A stretch of DNA of 63,966 nucleotides, the filler included, from a bacterium (GTDB taxonomy: Bacteria; JBBIVP01), in NCBI GenBank assembly GCA_037439705.1. It is 5 parts of 5 records of this genome, joined end to end, with 100 filler letters (N's around TTAATTAATTAA, not from the genome) between each part and the next. Parts side by side here need not be neighbours in the genome. Positions count along the whole stretch, not along the records: positions 1 to 12,927 come from JBBIVP010000041.1; 4 more parts are not named here. The stretch is one strand, 5' to 3'. The number at the start of each line of letters is the position of its first letter. Position 1 is the first letter of the stretch. Of the stretch, positions 1 to 9,912 are shown one piece after another. The position numbers and the translations under genes were made by a program. The notes under the pieces were generated by a model. The model ran no database searches and had not been told where the DNA came from. It saw nothing but the letters and a program-made list of their open reading frames with translations.

Positions 1-14
1 TGAACAGAAGGGAG

Positions 15-1088
15 ATGATGAAGAAGGGCGAGAAACTTATGGAAAGGGTGAAAAGGGCTTATGAACTTCTCTACGAAGAAGAAGGAAGTGTAGATGAAAA
101 ACTTGGGACCGCCATAAGGTATCTTCAGGAACTATCAGGATTTGAAAAGATTGATGGTTTAATAAAAAACCTTGAATCTTCCAGGAGTGAACTGAAGGAG
201 GGTATAAGAGTTCTTGAACAGATTGTGGGGGAAATAAGATACGACCCGGATGAAATTGAAAAATTAGAGGAAAGAATCACGCTTATAAAAAGGCTTATGA
301 GGAAGTACGGCGGAACTGAAAGGGAATTAATAGAGTATGCAAAAAAGATATCGGAGGAACTGAAAAAACTTGAAAGGGTTGAGGAGGATGTGAAGGAAAT
401 TGAAAAATCTATTAACGAAAAATGCTTGAAAATGAAAGAAATTTCCGAAAAACTTTCAGAGAAAAGAAGGGTGGTGGCTGAAAAACTTTCAAAAGAGGTA
501 TCCAAAGTTCTTTCGGAGCTTGGGATAAAGGGTGCAAAATTTGTTGTTCATCTGCAACCGTTTACCGAGGGAATAGAATTTGATGGAAAGTATTATTCCG
601 AGAACGGTATGGAAAAAGTGCTTTTCAAATTTTCAGCTTTTCCGCACGGAGAAACAAAACCACTGAATGAGGTTGCATCAGGAGGAGAACTTTCAAGGGT
701 TCTACTTGCTATCAAATCCATAACATCCTACAAAGAAGGAATTCCATCAACCATATACGATGAAATAGATACCGGAGTTGGTGGAGCAGTTGCGGAGATG
801 ATTGGATTAAGATTGAAAATCTGCGCACAGAGTTCTCAGGTAATATGCGTTACCCACCTTCCCCAGATTGCTTCCTATGCGGATAGACACATCGTTGTAA
901 GAAAAGAAATCACAAAAAAGGGAGAGCAGGTGAATGTTCAGGTTGTTGAAGGAGAAAACAGAATTGATGAAATTGCGAGGATGCTTTCAGGAATTGAAAA
1001 GCCTGAAAGTGCAAGAAAACTGGCAAAAGAACTTATTTTATCAGCAAAGAGGTTAGAAAACCTCAAAACTCATACACATAACCAATGA
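15..1088 (+). CDS. recN: DNA repair protein RecN, C-terminal part (5' end lies outside the window)
   Basis: Long coiled coil followed by the SMC-type ABC signature ASGGELSR, Walker B IYDEIDTGVGG and VICVTHLPQIA. The frame is open from the window edge. Confidence 0.95.
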   Translation: MMKKGEKLMERVKRAYELLYEEEGSVDEKLGTAIRYLQELSGFEKIDGLIKNLESSRSELKEGIRVLEQIVGEIRYDPDEIEKLEERITLIKRLMRKYGGTERELIEYAKKISEELKKLERVEEDVKEIEKSINEKCLKMKEISEKLSEKRRVVAEKLSKEVSKVLSELGIKGAKFVVHLQPFTEGIEFDGKYYSENGMEKVLFKFSAFPHGETKPLNEVASGGELSRVLLAIKSITSYKEGIPSTIYDEIDTGVGGAVAEMIGLRLKICAQSSQVICVTHLPQIASYADRHIVVRKEITKKGEQVNVQVVEGENRIDEIARMLSGIEKPESARKLAKELILSAKRLENLKTHTHNQ

Positions 1089-1641
1089 ATAGTTGAAACC
1101 CGTTCAGGTTTGCTTTAACAGGAGAACCTCCATCAAGAGGAGCATATCCAACTCTGAGTCCTCCTGAGATAAGCCCCTTTCCAAGTCTGTACATCACTCC
1201 ACCCCCCAGATAAAATCCCCATGTGGCAAAAGCATCCCTTGCAGAATAATCAGGAGCATTTCCTTCAACTATAACATCATAAAAACCAACTCCGCCCTCA
1301 CCGTACGGAAAAAGTCCCTCTGTGAGTTCGTATGGAATTTCATATAAAAGCCCGGTTTTAAAAACGAATGTGTCCAGTTTGAAATTATAGGTTTTTCTGT
1401 TAGGTTCTCCTCTATATTTTTTATCCACGCTTGAGTACATGTATAAAAGGTCCCATGAGAGGGAAAGTCCTTTCAGCACAGCAAGTCTGTATGTGAGATT
1501 TGGTCCTATCAAAAATGCATTATAACTGGAAAAATTGGAAGAAAACCCTATTTTTGGATAAACAAAAACCTTCTTAGCAGGTTCAGCGGCAAAAACTTCC
1601 AGCGAAAAAAGAATAAAAAATGTAAAAACAAGCTTCCTCAT
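1063..1641 (-). CDS. Outer-membrane beta-barrel protein (OmpA/OmpW-like 8-stranded barrel)
   Basis: Signal peptide, amphipathic Gly/aromatic strands (PYGEGGVGFY, GFYLGGG) and a C-terminal Phe beta-signal (IGYVYEF). Confidence 0.75.
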   Translation of the reverse strand: MRKLVFTFFILFSLEVFAAEPAKKVFVYPKIGFSSNFSSYNAFLIGPNLTYRLAVLKGLSLSWDLLYMYSSVDKKYRGEPNRKTYNFKLDTFVFKTGLLYEIPYELTEGLFPYGEGGVGFYDVIVEGNAPDYSARDAFATWGFYLGGGVMYRLGKGLISGGLRVGYAPLDGGSPVKANLNGFQLFIGYVYEF

Positions 1642-1768
1642 CTTTTTTATTTTACATTATAAAATTTTTACATTTCAAGTCTTTTCTTACTAAATGGGAA
1701 AGGTGAAAAAGGGGATTGCATTTACAGATTAACTTGATTTTTATTTTCTATAAACAGATAATTATTTT

Positions 1769-2590
1769 ATGTGCGATTTTTGTGCTAAACATGGAAATGG
1801 TGGAAAGTGGTATGAGAATGTAGAGAATTACGCAAGAAAGATGTACAGGATAAGAAGGGCGGGGAAGGACCTCCAGATGGGAGATGTGCAGAATCTTATA
1901 GAATCAATTCTTGATGAGGCAATAGAGGCGAGAGGACTTTCTGACCCGAAAAATTACGAAGAAGTCAAAGCAAGGGTTGAAAGCATGGTTCTTCCAGCCC
2001 ATTTCGGGCAGGTTGTAACACTTGAAGAGGTTGAAAAAATTCTGGACATTGCCTATCCCATAGCAAGAATTACCTGTATATGCAGAAGGAGGTCAAGGGG
2101 CGTTAAGGATGAAGAAAATTTCTTCTGCATGGGAATAGGGGTTGGAATGTACAAATGGGAAAAATGGCCTGAAAACTATAGGGGTGGGATTCATTTTATG
2201 GCTCCTAATGAGGCTAAAGAATGGATAAGGGAGGTAAATAAAAAAGGAGCTGTCCATTCTTTCTGGGTTTTTGGAACACCATACATAGGAGGAATATGTA
2301 ACTGCGAATATCCATCCTGCATAGGCATGAGAATGAGGCTTGATTATGACATCAAACTCTTCATGAAAGGAGAAAAGGTTGCCCAGATAGATTACGAAAA
2401 ATGCAACGGCTGTGGAATCTGTTTGAAAAGATGTCAGTTTGGAGCAATAACATACGAGGTAGCCCTTGATAGAGTAAGTATCAATCAGAAAAAGTGCTTC
2501 GGGTGCGGACTTTGCGCTACACAGTGTAAACCCTCCGCGATAATAATGAGGGACAGGGTAAATATCCCAGGTTTAAGCAAGGAATGGTAG
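1769..2590 (+). CDS. 4Fe-4S dicluster-binding protein with extra Cys-rich N-terminal domains
   Basis: Two CxxCxxCxxxC motifs at the C-terminus, plus MCDFC, CICRR and ICNCxxPSC. Confidence 0.85.
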   Translation: MCDFCAKHGNGGKWYENVENYARKMYRIRRAGKDLQMGDVQNLIESILDEAIEARGLSDPKNYEEVKARVESMVLPAHFGQVVTLEEVEKILDIAYPIARITCICRRRSRGVKDEENFFCMGIGVGMYKWEKWPENYRGGIHFMAPNEAKEWIREVNKKGAVHSFWVFGTPYIGGICNCEYPSCIGMRMRLDYDIKLFMKGEKVAQIDYEKCNGCGICLKRCQFGAITYEVALDRVSINQKKCFGCGLCATQCKPSAIIMRDRVNIPGLSKEW

Positions 2591-2814
2591 AAATAAATAT
2601 ATCAAGGGAAAAGTGCAAAAATCCTCTTGAGTGCGCGATATGTTTAAGAATCTGTCCCACTGCTGTCTTTTATGCATATCCCTATAAATTCAACATGTTT
2701 GAAGAAACTCCTCTTGAAGAATATGTTTTAACACCGAGATTTAAGCTCCTCTGCACAGCCTGTTATGAATGCGTTAAACTCTGTCCCAATAATGCAATAG
2801 AAATTAAATTATGA
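2584..2814 (+). CDS. 2x[4Fe-4S] ferredoxin
   Basis: CxxxxxCxxCxxxCP and CxxCxxCxxxCP in 76 aa; overlaps both neighbours. Confidence 0.85.
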   Translation: MVEINISREKCKNPLECAICLRICPTAVFYAYPYKFNMFEETPLEEYVLTPRFKLLCTACYECVKLCPNNAIEIKL

Positions 2815-3275
2815 AGGACATTGGAAGGGTAAAACCTGAAGAGCTTTTCAAAATAGATGGACGAAAAAAGGAATATGATATTCCTCCGCAGATGGTGGAA
2901 GAATTCAAAAAGAATTTCTCCGGAGATGGAATAAAGGCTGTGGAACTTATCAAGGAACTTGCTGGGAAATATGGAGATAGAACATTTGAGATGGTAAAAA
3001 AGGTGGCAGAAAAAACAGGAATAAATTTTCCCCACCTGTTTCAATCCTATGTGGAATTTCTTCTCATCCTTGCGATTGGAGTGGAAAAATACAAGGTGAA
3101 AGAGACTACCACAAGAAGGCTTTTTATGGAGATTCCATTATGTCCACTTTATGGGAGGTGGTGCCCGGAATGCGAAAGGGCTTTAAAGAAAATAGATGAA
3201 ATATCAAAGGTCAAAACAAAATTGAGCATTCAGAATAATCCCGAAAAATGTTCGTTAATTTTTGAACCCGTATAA
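2811..3275 (+). CDS. Hypothetical protein, possibly a V4R-like small ligand-binding fold
   Basis: ATGA overlap with the ferredoxin gene and a CPL...CxxC...C pattern. The fold assignment is weak. Confidence 0.55.
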   Translation: MKDIGRVKPEELFKIDGRKKEYDIPPQMVEEFKKNFSGDGIKAVELIKELAGKYGDRTFEMVKKVAEKTGINFPHLFQSYVEFLLILAIGVEKYKVKETTTRRLFMEIPLCPLYGRWCPECERALKKIDEISKVKTKLSIQNNPEKCSLIFEPV

Positions 3276-3277
3276 AA

Positions 3278-5224
3278 ATGGAAATAATATGGACTCCTGA
3301 CAAAGATTTTCTTGAAAACTCAAATGTGGCAAGGTTCATGAAAAAACACGGGATTTCATCTTATAAAGAGCTCATTAAGAAATCTCAGGATGATATTGAA
3401 TGGTTCTGGTCCGCAGTGGAAAAGGAGTTCAACTTTCGCTGGATGAAACCATACGAAAAAATTCTGGATACCTCAAAGGGAATAATGTGGGCAAAATGGT
3501 TTGTGGGTGGAAAAATAAACATTACGGATAACTGTGTTGACAGGCATGCAAAATCATGGAGGAGAAACAAACTTGCCATTATATGGGAGGGAGAGGATGG
3601 CGAGATATGCAGATTGACATACAAGGACCTTTATATAGAAGTAAATAAATTGGCAAACGCCTTAAAGTCAATTGGCGTGAAAAGAGGGGACAGGGTTGGA
3701 ATATTTATGCCCATGCTTCCCGAAGCTGTAATTGCATCATTTGCTGTTCCAAAATTAGGAGGTATATATGTTCCGATTTTTTCCGGATTTGGACCGGATG
3801 CTGTAGCCTCAAGGCTAAAGGATGCCTCCGCAAAGGTTTTAATAACCTGTGACGGATTTTTGAGAAGGGGCAAAAAAATTGAACTTAAAAGGATTGCAGA
3901 TGAAGCCTGTGAGATTGCAGGATGCGTAAAAAGGGTCCTTGTTAAAAAAAGGCTCGGAATTGATGTGGAAATGAAAAAAGACAGGGACCTGTTTCTTGAC
4001 GATATTCTTGATTCCGCATCGGAATATCTGGAGCCAGAAGAAACGGACTCAGAAGAACCATTTTTCATAGGATACACATCCGGAACAACCGGAAAACCAA
4101 AGGGTGTAGTTCATGTCCATGGAGGCTTTCTCGTAAAAATTACTGAAGAGGTGGCATTTCAGGTNNNNNNNNNNNNNNNAGAAGACATTCTTTTCTGGTT
4201 CACAGAGATGGGCTGGATAATGGGTCCATGGGAAACAGTTGGAGGATGTGCGCTCGGTGGAACTGTTTTTCTATACGAAGGAGCACCCGATTGGCCATCT
4301 CCTGATAGATTGTGGAAGATGATTGAACATCACGGAATATCAATCCTTGGAATCTCTCCAACTTTAATAAGGGCTCTTATGAAGTACGGAGAAGAACATG
4401 TGTTGAAACATGACCTTTCATCCTTGAGGGTTCTCGGCTCAACAGGAGAACCCTGGAATCCTGAATCCTACATGTGGTTCTTTGAAAGGGTTGGAAAAAG
4501 GAGATGTCCCATAATAAACCTTTCGGGAGGAACAGAAGTGGGAGCCTGCTTCCTCTCGCCCCATCCAGTCGCACCGCTTAAGCCATGCACCCTTCAGGGT
4601 CCATCCCTCGGAATGGCTGTGGATGTATTTGATGAAAACGGAAAACCTCTGAGAAAGGGAGTTGGTGAACTTGTTGCATTAAAACCATGGCCGGGAATGA
4701 CGAGAGGAATATGGAATGACCCGGATAGATACATTGAGACATACTGGTCAAGATGGAAGGATGTGTGGGTTCATGGAGACTGGGCTTCAATAGATGAAGA
4801 TGGTTTCTGGTTCCTTCACGGACGTTCCGATGATACAATAAAAATTGCTGGAAAGAGAATAGGACCTGCCGAGATCGAATCCATCTTTACTTCTGACCAG
4901 GCTGTCCTTGAGTCCGCTGCAATAGGTATTCCTGATGAAGTAAAAGGAGAAGCAATAGTATGTTTTGTGGTTCTTAAACCAGGAATTGAGAAGAACGAAG
5001 AAATAAAAGAAAGGCTCATTTCCCTTGTTGAAAACAAACTTGGCAAAACCGCAAGACCAAAGGATGTAATTTTTGTAAAAGACCTACCAAAAACGAGAAA
5101 TGCGAAGGTTATGAGAAGAATAATTAAAAATAAGTATCTTGGAAAACCTGTTGGAGATACATCAACCCTTGAAAATCCTGAAGCAGTAGAGGCAATCCCG
5201 ACTCTTAATAGTTCAAAAATTTAA
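3278..5224 (+). CDS. AMP-forming acetyl/acyl-CoA synthetase (contains a 15-N gap at 4165-4179)
   Basis: YTSGTTGKPKG AMP-binding motif, GRSDDTIKIAGKRIG, LPKTRNAKVMRR, and an Acs-type N-terminus (WFVGGKINITDNCVDRH). Confidence 0.93.
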   Translation: MEIIWTPDKDFLENSNVARFMKKHGISSYKELIKKSQDDIEWFWSAVEKEFNFRWMKPYEKILDTSKGIMWAKWFVGGKINITDNCVDRHAKSWRRNKLAIIWEGEDGEICRLTYKDLYIEVNKLANALKSIGVKRGDRVGIFMPMLPEAVIASFAVPKLGGIYVPIFSGFGPDAVASRLKDASAKVLITCDGFLRRGKKIELKRIADEACEIAGCVKRVLVKKRLGIDVEMKKDRDLFLDDILDSASEYLEPEETDSEEPFFIGYTSGTTGKPKGVVHVHGGFLVKITEEVAFQXXXXXXEDILFWFTEMGWIMGPWETVGGCALGGTVFLYEGAPDWPSPDRLWKMIEHHGISILGISPTLIRALMKYGEEHVLKHDLSSLRVLGSTGEPWNPESYMWFFERVGKRRCPIINLSGGTEVGACFLSPHPVAPLKPCTLQGPSLGMAVDVFDENGKPLRKGVGELVALKPWPGMTRGIWNDPDRYIETYWSRWKDVWVHGDWASIDEDGFWFLHGRSDDTIKIAGKRIGPAEIESIFTSDQAVLESAAIGIPDEVKGEAIVCFVVLKPGIEKNEEIKERLISLVENKLGKTARPKDVIFVKDLPKTRNAKVMRRIIKNKYLGKPVGDTSTLENPEAVEAIPTLNSSKI

Positions 5225-6178
5225 CTATTTAAGATGACCTTCTCTTTTGATTCTGAAGAAGTGTTTCCAGCCGAAGATGAGAGGATACTTTTTTTCAAGA
5301 GGAGTAAGTTCAATTTTTATTCCCCTTGCCCTCTCAAGTTTTGATAGCAGGTAATCAACATAGTTCCCAACTGTAAGAATTCCCTTTGGCCATCTGTAAA
5401 CTGAACGCCTCCTGGACCTCTTCAAAAATTTTTCTGCTCTTTTCCTTTCAATCTCTGAACAAGAAATCCTTTCATACAATCCTTCAGAATTCTTCAAAAT
5501 TTTTTTCTCTTTCTCCAACTCATCAAGAATTAATGAGTACACCCTTCTGTAAAAATTTTTTTCGGATTCAAAAATTTCTTCAATTTTTGTATCCCTTTCA
5601 ACCCTGTAATCACCCATGTAGCTGATTGAAAGGGTTTTTTTGATAAACTCGTCAAGTCCAAATTTTACGGGAAGGAAATGAAGTGCCATCTCCGCGTTCA
5701 TCTTCACAGCCCTTAAATGAAAAAGGACTAAATCTTCCATTTCCTTTTCCGATGAAAAATAGGGAAGAACTATTCTCTTACCGAACCTTCCAAAAATATA
5801 TGTGTCAGGGGCTCCTTCCGATGTATAAAGGTCAAGGTGTTCCTTTGATATGAGATTGAACTTACATTGATAAAATTTTCCGTTTTTTTCAAGTTTCAGA
5901 AAAAAGACAGTAGGAGGAAGAATTTTTGAAAGTAAAAAATAAAGATTCCTTTTTTTCCTGAATTTTTTCAGAGCAGATTTATAACTTTTCACCACCACAT
6001 AAAAATCTGGATAACTCGTTTCTTTTCTTGTTCCCCTGCTGATGCAGGAACCATAAAAAATCACGAGAAGGAGATTGTCTTCAAAAAAATCTCTGAAGTA
6101 TTCTACAAAAGCAGATATTTCATCGGTATTTTCAAAACGAAAAAGGCTTTCTTTTAATTCTTTTTTCAGTTCTTTCAT
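5225..6178 (-). CDS. Tam41/Mmp37-like nucleotidyltransferase (putative phosphatidate cytidylyltransferase)
   Basis: NTase motif FYGS...PDFYVVV, YIFGRFGKRI (compare Tam41 YxAGRLQKPV) and LSISYMGDYRVE (compare LSYxGDxRM). No multi-pass membrane segments. Confidence 0.72.
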   Translation of the reverse strand: MKELKKELKESLFRFENTDEISAFVEYFRDFFEDNLLLVIFYGSCISRGTRKETSYPDFYVVVKSYKSALKKFRKKRNLYFLLSKILPPTVFFLKLEKNGKFYQCKFNLISKEHLDLYTSEGAPDTYIFGRFGKRIVLPYFSSEKEMEDLVLFHLRAVKMNAEMALHFLPVKFGLDEFIKKTLSISYMGDYRVERDTKIEEIFESEKNFYRRVYSLILDELEKEKKILKNSEGLYERISCSEIERKRAEKFLKRSRRRSVYRWPKGILTVGNYVDYLLSKLERARGIKIELTPLEKKYPLIFGWKHFFRIKREGHLK

Positions 6179-7140
6179 ATTCTCAAGAATTTTATGGCAG
6201 GTCCCTTAAGGATTTTTATTTCAAATGGACTGTTTCTTTCAAATACCTCACCGTCCATTGCATATCCAGAATCCGCACGCACAACGGTATTTTCTGCAAG
6301 GTCATTATAAGACTTCTCCATCCTCAGGCGTCCCTTGGAAAGGGCTCTTATTCTCTTTATCGCTTCCAGCCCAGGTTCAGAAAACACCAGAAGGTAATAA
6401 CCATCCTTCCATTTGTCCTCCTTGTAAAAAGGCTCAAACCATAGCACCATTTTTGGAAAAACTGATGCAACAAGGAGGAGGCATTTTTTATACGGGTATT
6501 TCTCTCCATCTATTTCAATATCCACATCTATTGGCTGAAAGGCTTCTATGGAACTTTTAGATCCAAGCACATATCCTCCTATTATGGAGGTTGTGATGTT
6601 AAAAGCGGTGGAAGGAGATGGTGTTCCGGAAGCGTAATAGAGTTTGGTTATTTTGTAAGGGAGTCCCATAATCACCGCAAATCCATACCTTAAAATTTTT
6701 CTTTCCTTCTCAACAAGTTTTAGAATTCTGTTCCTTTTTAGCATGTCCTTTGGTATGTCAAGCCTGTGCTCAACCTTTTCAAGAAAGCTTTTCAGCCTTT
6801 GAATTGTTTCAATCTGAGAACCCTTAACAGGAATGTTTGGGGCTGCGAAATTCATTGTTCCACCCCTTAAAGGGAGATAAATTGGAAAATCTCCATCTTC
6901 CCCATAGACTTTGCAGATTTCGGTAAGAAGTGAATGATGGGTTCCATCTCCACCGCTCCCCACGACGATGTCAAAATTCAATTCTTTGATATAAGTTATT
7001 GCACTTCTTGCTTCCTCTATTGTCCATGTTTCAAATATCTCTGCTGAATTTTTCAAAATTTTGTAAACTTTATCTTTGTTTAACCCACCGCTTTTGTTTT
7101 TTCTCGCATTTTTGTTTATTATAATAGCGCACTTAAGCAT
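6175..7140 (-). CDS. Diacylglycerol/lipid kinase family protein (DgkB/YegS fold)
   Basis: IIINKNA, GSGGDGT ATP-binding motif, LPLRGGTMN and C-terminal MDGE. Confidence 0.88.
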   Translation of the reverse strand: MLKCAIIINKNARKNKSGGLNKDKVYKILKNSAEIFETWTIEEARSAITYIKELNFDIVVGSGGDGTHHSLLTEICKVYGEDGDFPIYLPLRGGTMNFAAPNIPVKGSQIETIQRLKSFLEKVEHRLDIPKDMLKRNRILKLVEKERKILRYGFAVIMGLPYKITKLYYASGTPSPSTAFNITTSIIGGYVLGSKSSIEAFQPIDVDIEIDGEKYPYKKCLLLVASVFPKMVLWFEPFYKEDKWKDGYYLLVFSEPGLEAIKRIRALSKGRLRMEKSYNDLAENTVVRADSGYAMDGEVFERNSPFEIKILKGPAIKFLRI

Positions 7141-7163
7141 TTTTGTTTATACAGAAAAAGATA

Positions 7164-8120
7164 TTATGGTTGCCAGATAAATTCAAATTTTGAATTTATA
7201 TATCCATACTTTTTATTAATTGCCACTAAAGCAAGACCATCTGAAAAATCTTGAACCTCATCAAATTTGGGTTCAATGAGGAGCTTTCCAGTTTTATCAA
7301 TAAACGCAAATTTTCCATTAATCATGACCCATGCATATCCTTCCCTGAATCTTCCGCACTCATCAAAGGAAGGTGGAATGAGAAAATTTCCATTTCTGTC
7401 AATATATCCGCATTTATTTCCAATTTTAACACCTGCAAGCCCCTCTGAAAAAGCCCAGGCATCATCAAATTTAAAATTTATGACAATTCTTCCGACTTTA
7501 TCAATGTATCCAAATTTTTCATCAAAGCATGCCCATGCCAGACCTTCTGAAAAATTACCACCTCCCTCAAATCTGGGGGGTATAACATTTTTTCCGCTTT
7601 TATCAATGTATCCCACCCTCCCCCCTATTATTACCCTTGCCAGTCCCTCGGAAAAGTCAAAGGCGTAGGTATATGCTGGTTTTATGGAAATGTTTCCTTT
7701 TTTGTCTATGTATCCCCATTTTTTTTCTGATTTAACAGCAGCCAGTCCCTCAGAAAAGGTTGAAACCATTTCATATTGAAGCTGTATGGCCAGTTTCCCC
7801 TTTCTGTCAATGAAGCCCCATTTTTTTCCCACCTTTACTCCTGCCAGTCCCTCTGAAAAGGAAAGAACTCCATCAAATCCTTCTCCTATCAGTTTTCCTT
7901 TTCTGTCAATAAACCACCATTTCTTCCCTTTTTTTACTGCTCCCTTTTCTTCTTTAAAATCAAGAGCTGAATCAAACTCCGCAGGTATCACTATTTTTCC
8001 CTCCCTGTTTATGTAACCCCATTTCCCTTCAATTTTTATAGGGAAAAGTTGTTGTCCATAGAGGTTATGAGAAAAAGAAACAAGTGCCAGACAGAAGAGA
8101 AAAACAAATTTCTTCCACAT
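7164..8120 (-). CDS. Secreted WG-repeat (KWG) protein
   Basis: Signal peptide and about eight 35-aa repeats of FSEGLAxV..GxKWG(F/Y)IDxxG. Confidence 0.92.
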   Translation of the reverse strand: MWKKFVFLFCLALVSFSHNLYGQQLFPIKIEGKWGYINREGKIVIPAEFDSALDFKEEKGAVKKGKKWWFIDRKGKLIGEGFDGVLSFSEGLAGVKVGKKWGFIDRKGKLAIQLQYEMVSTFSEGLAAVKSEKKWGYIDKKGNISIKPAYTYAFDFSEGLARVIIGGRVGYIDKSGKNVIPPRFEGGGNFSEGLAWACFDEKFGYIDKVGRIVINFKFDDAWAFSEGLAGVKIGNKCGYIDRNGNFLIPPSFDECGRFREGYAWVMINGKFAFIDKTGKLLIEPKFDEVQDFSDGLALVAINKKYGYINSKFEFIWQP

Positions 8121-8122
8121 TT

Positions 8123-9223
8123 TTAGAATACATCTGCCATAACCCTGTATCCCTTCTCAACTTCCTGTTTTGTTTTTGTAAGCAATGCTGCTGAAGCTTT
8201 ATCCCATGTTTTTATCACCACTGCTTTACCTATCATGTTTATTGGTTTATCCTTTCCTTCTTTTATATAAACTATGAAAACATTTCCTTCCTCAACACCC
8301 TTTTCCTTTCCGAGGTCTATGAAAATTACATCTCCTTCTCCAAAAAATTCTCCGAATCTATTTCCATCAATTACATATCCTTCAAGAGGAGAGGAAGCCT
8401 TTTTGATCTCCACGGTTTTGTTTACAGGAAGTACTTTCATCACCCTGTCTCCCTTTTCAATTACATCCCACGATGCCTTTATGCTCGCAGTATAATTCTT
8501 ATCATTTTTCTCAAGAACCTCCGCAATTCCCTTTATTTTTACCCTTTTTCCAATTTTCTTTTTTGTTACAGGATGTTTCATGTCCCCTATTTCTTCTACT
8601 ACCATGAATGTCTCACCGGTTCCAGCTGGTTCTGAAAACTTAATGTAAACCCTGTCAAATTCACCGAACATCTTTCTTTCAAGGGGACTTCCGACTATTT
8701 TTCCTGCAGATTCAAGCTCTTTATCAGTTATAAAAGAAACTTCAGCCATCCTTGAAAAATATACCCTTGCGCCCTCCTGTTTCTGGAGTTCAGCCATCTT
8801 TTCAAATACTGCCTTTCCTTCCTCACTTACAAGTAATTCCTCTTCTACAGGTATGGTTTCCATTGCTTCAACACCTATTTTTTCTTCTTCAGGTTTTTCT
8901 ACCATTTCAGTCGCAGGCGGTACCTCCGCAGTTGCTTCCTCGGGAGCGGGTAAAGCCTTTTCTGGTGGTGAGGGAGGTAGAACAATAGTTTCAGGAAGCA
9001 CAAGCGGTTCACCAGGAAATATGAGGTCTGGATTCTCTATGTGTTTGTTCTGTTCCCATATCTTTGGCCATAACCACGGGTTTTGAAGAAACCTTGAAGA
9101 GATGTCCCAGAGGGTATCACCTTTTTTTATCACATACATATTTATTACTGATTTTTTTTCCTGCGCAATCACCACACTTACTGTCAGAAGAAAAAGTGCC
9201 AGAAAAACTTTTGATAACTTCAT
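8123..9223 (-). CDS. LysM peptidoglycan-binding protein
   Basis: Signal peptide, YVIKKGDTLWDIS...WPKIWEQN...NPDLIFPG LysM domain and a Pro/Glu-rich linker. Confidence 0.9.
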   Translation of the reverse strand: MKLSKVFLALFLLTVSVVIAQEKKSVINMYVIKKGDTLWDISSRFLQNPWLWPKIWEQNKHIENPDLIFPGEPLVLPETIVLPPSPPEKALPAPEEATAEVPPATEMVEKPEEEKIGVEAMETIPVEEELLVSEEGKAVFEKMAELQKQEGARVYFSRMAEVSFITDKELESAGKIVGSPLERKMFGEFDRVYIKFSEPAGTGETFMVVEEIGDMKHPVTKKKIGKRVKIKGIAEVLEKNDKNYTASIKASWDVIEKGDRVMKVLPVNKTVEIKKASSPLEGYVIDGNRFGEFFGEGDVIFIDLGKEKGVEEGNVFIVYIKEGKDKPINMIGKAVVIKTWDKASAALLTKTKQEVEKGYRVMADVF

Positions 9224-9912
9224 CTTTCACCTCCTGCAGTTTTATTTTTTATTTTTTGAAGAAGGGCATTTGCCCTCATCTTTGCATCTTCATCAGAGGT
9301 TTTTTCAATCACCTCTTTTAAAAGGTCAACCGCTACTTTTTCATCTCCTGATTCCATATAAATTATTGCCATCCTTATCTTTGCATCTGGGACCTTGTTC
9401 CCTGAGGGATATCTTCTTATCACCTCTTTCATGGTCTCAAGGGATTTATCCCTTAAACCATCCCTGTAATAGCATTCTCCTATCCAGTATAAAGCATTAT
9501 CAGCAAGACTATGTTTTGGGAAACTCTTTACTATCTCTTCAAAAACGGGAATTGCTGATGAACATTTATTTGAGTTGAAAAGTTCTGTAGCCCTTTTGTA
9601 AAGGGATTCAGGACTTTCGCCCCTTTTTCTCTCCTGTAGATTTGTCTGGACCGAATAAAGAAATTCCCTCGTTTCATTTATTGATGTTTTTAGAGAATAT
9701 ATTTCTTTTATCACCTCCTCCTGGGCAGTTTTCAATATTCCACAGGCTTTTGATATATTGTCAATCTCTTTTTCAATCATTGAAATCCTTTCGTGTGCCT
9801 CGTCAATTCTGAACCTCAAGGAATTTATATCCGATTCCATCCTCCTCAGTTTTTCTCCCGAAGCACACCCTATTACGAGAAATGCGGTTATGACTAAAAT
9901 TTTCACCTTCAT
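9220..9912 (-). CDS. cpoB: Tol-Pal-associated CpoB/YbgF-like TPR lipoprotein
   Basis: Lipobox (VIGC), coiled coil, and TPR motifs ADNALYWIGECYY and YPSGNKVPDA. Confidence 0.8.
   Translation of the reverse strand: MKVKILVITAFLVIGCASGEKLRRMESDINSLRFRIDEAHERISMIEKEIDNISKACGILKTAQEEVIKEIYSLKTSINETREFLYSVQTNLQERKRGESPESLYKRATELFNSNKCSSAIPVFEEIVKSFPKHSLADNALYWIGECYYRDGLRDKSLETMKEVIRRYPSGNKVPDAKIRMAIIYMESGDEKVAVDLLKEVIEKTSDEDAKMRANALLQKIKNKTAGGER

Noticed and set aside
7164-8120. About 105-nt periodic DNA repeats resembling an array
   Set aside because: They are fully explained by the WG-repeat protein coding sequence.
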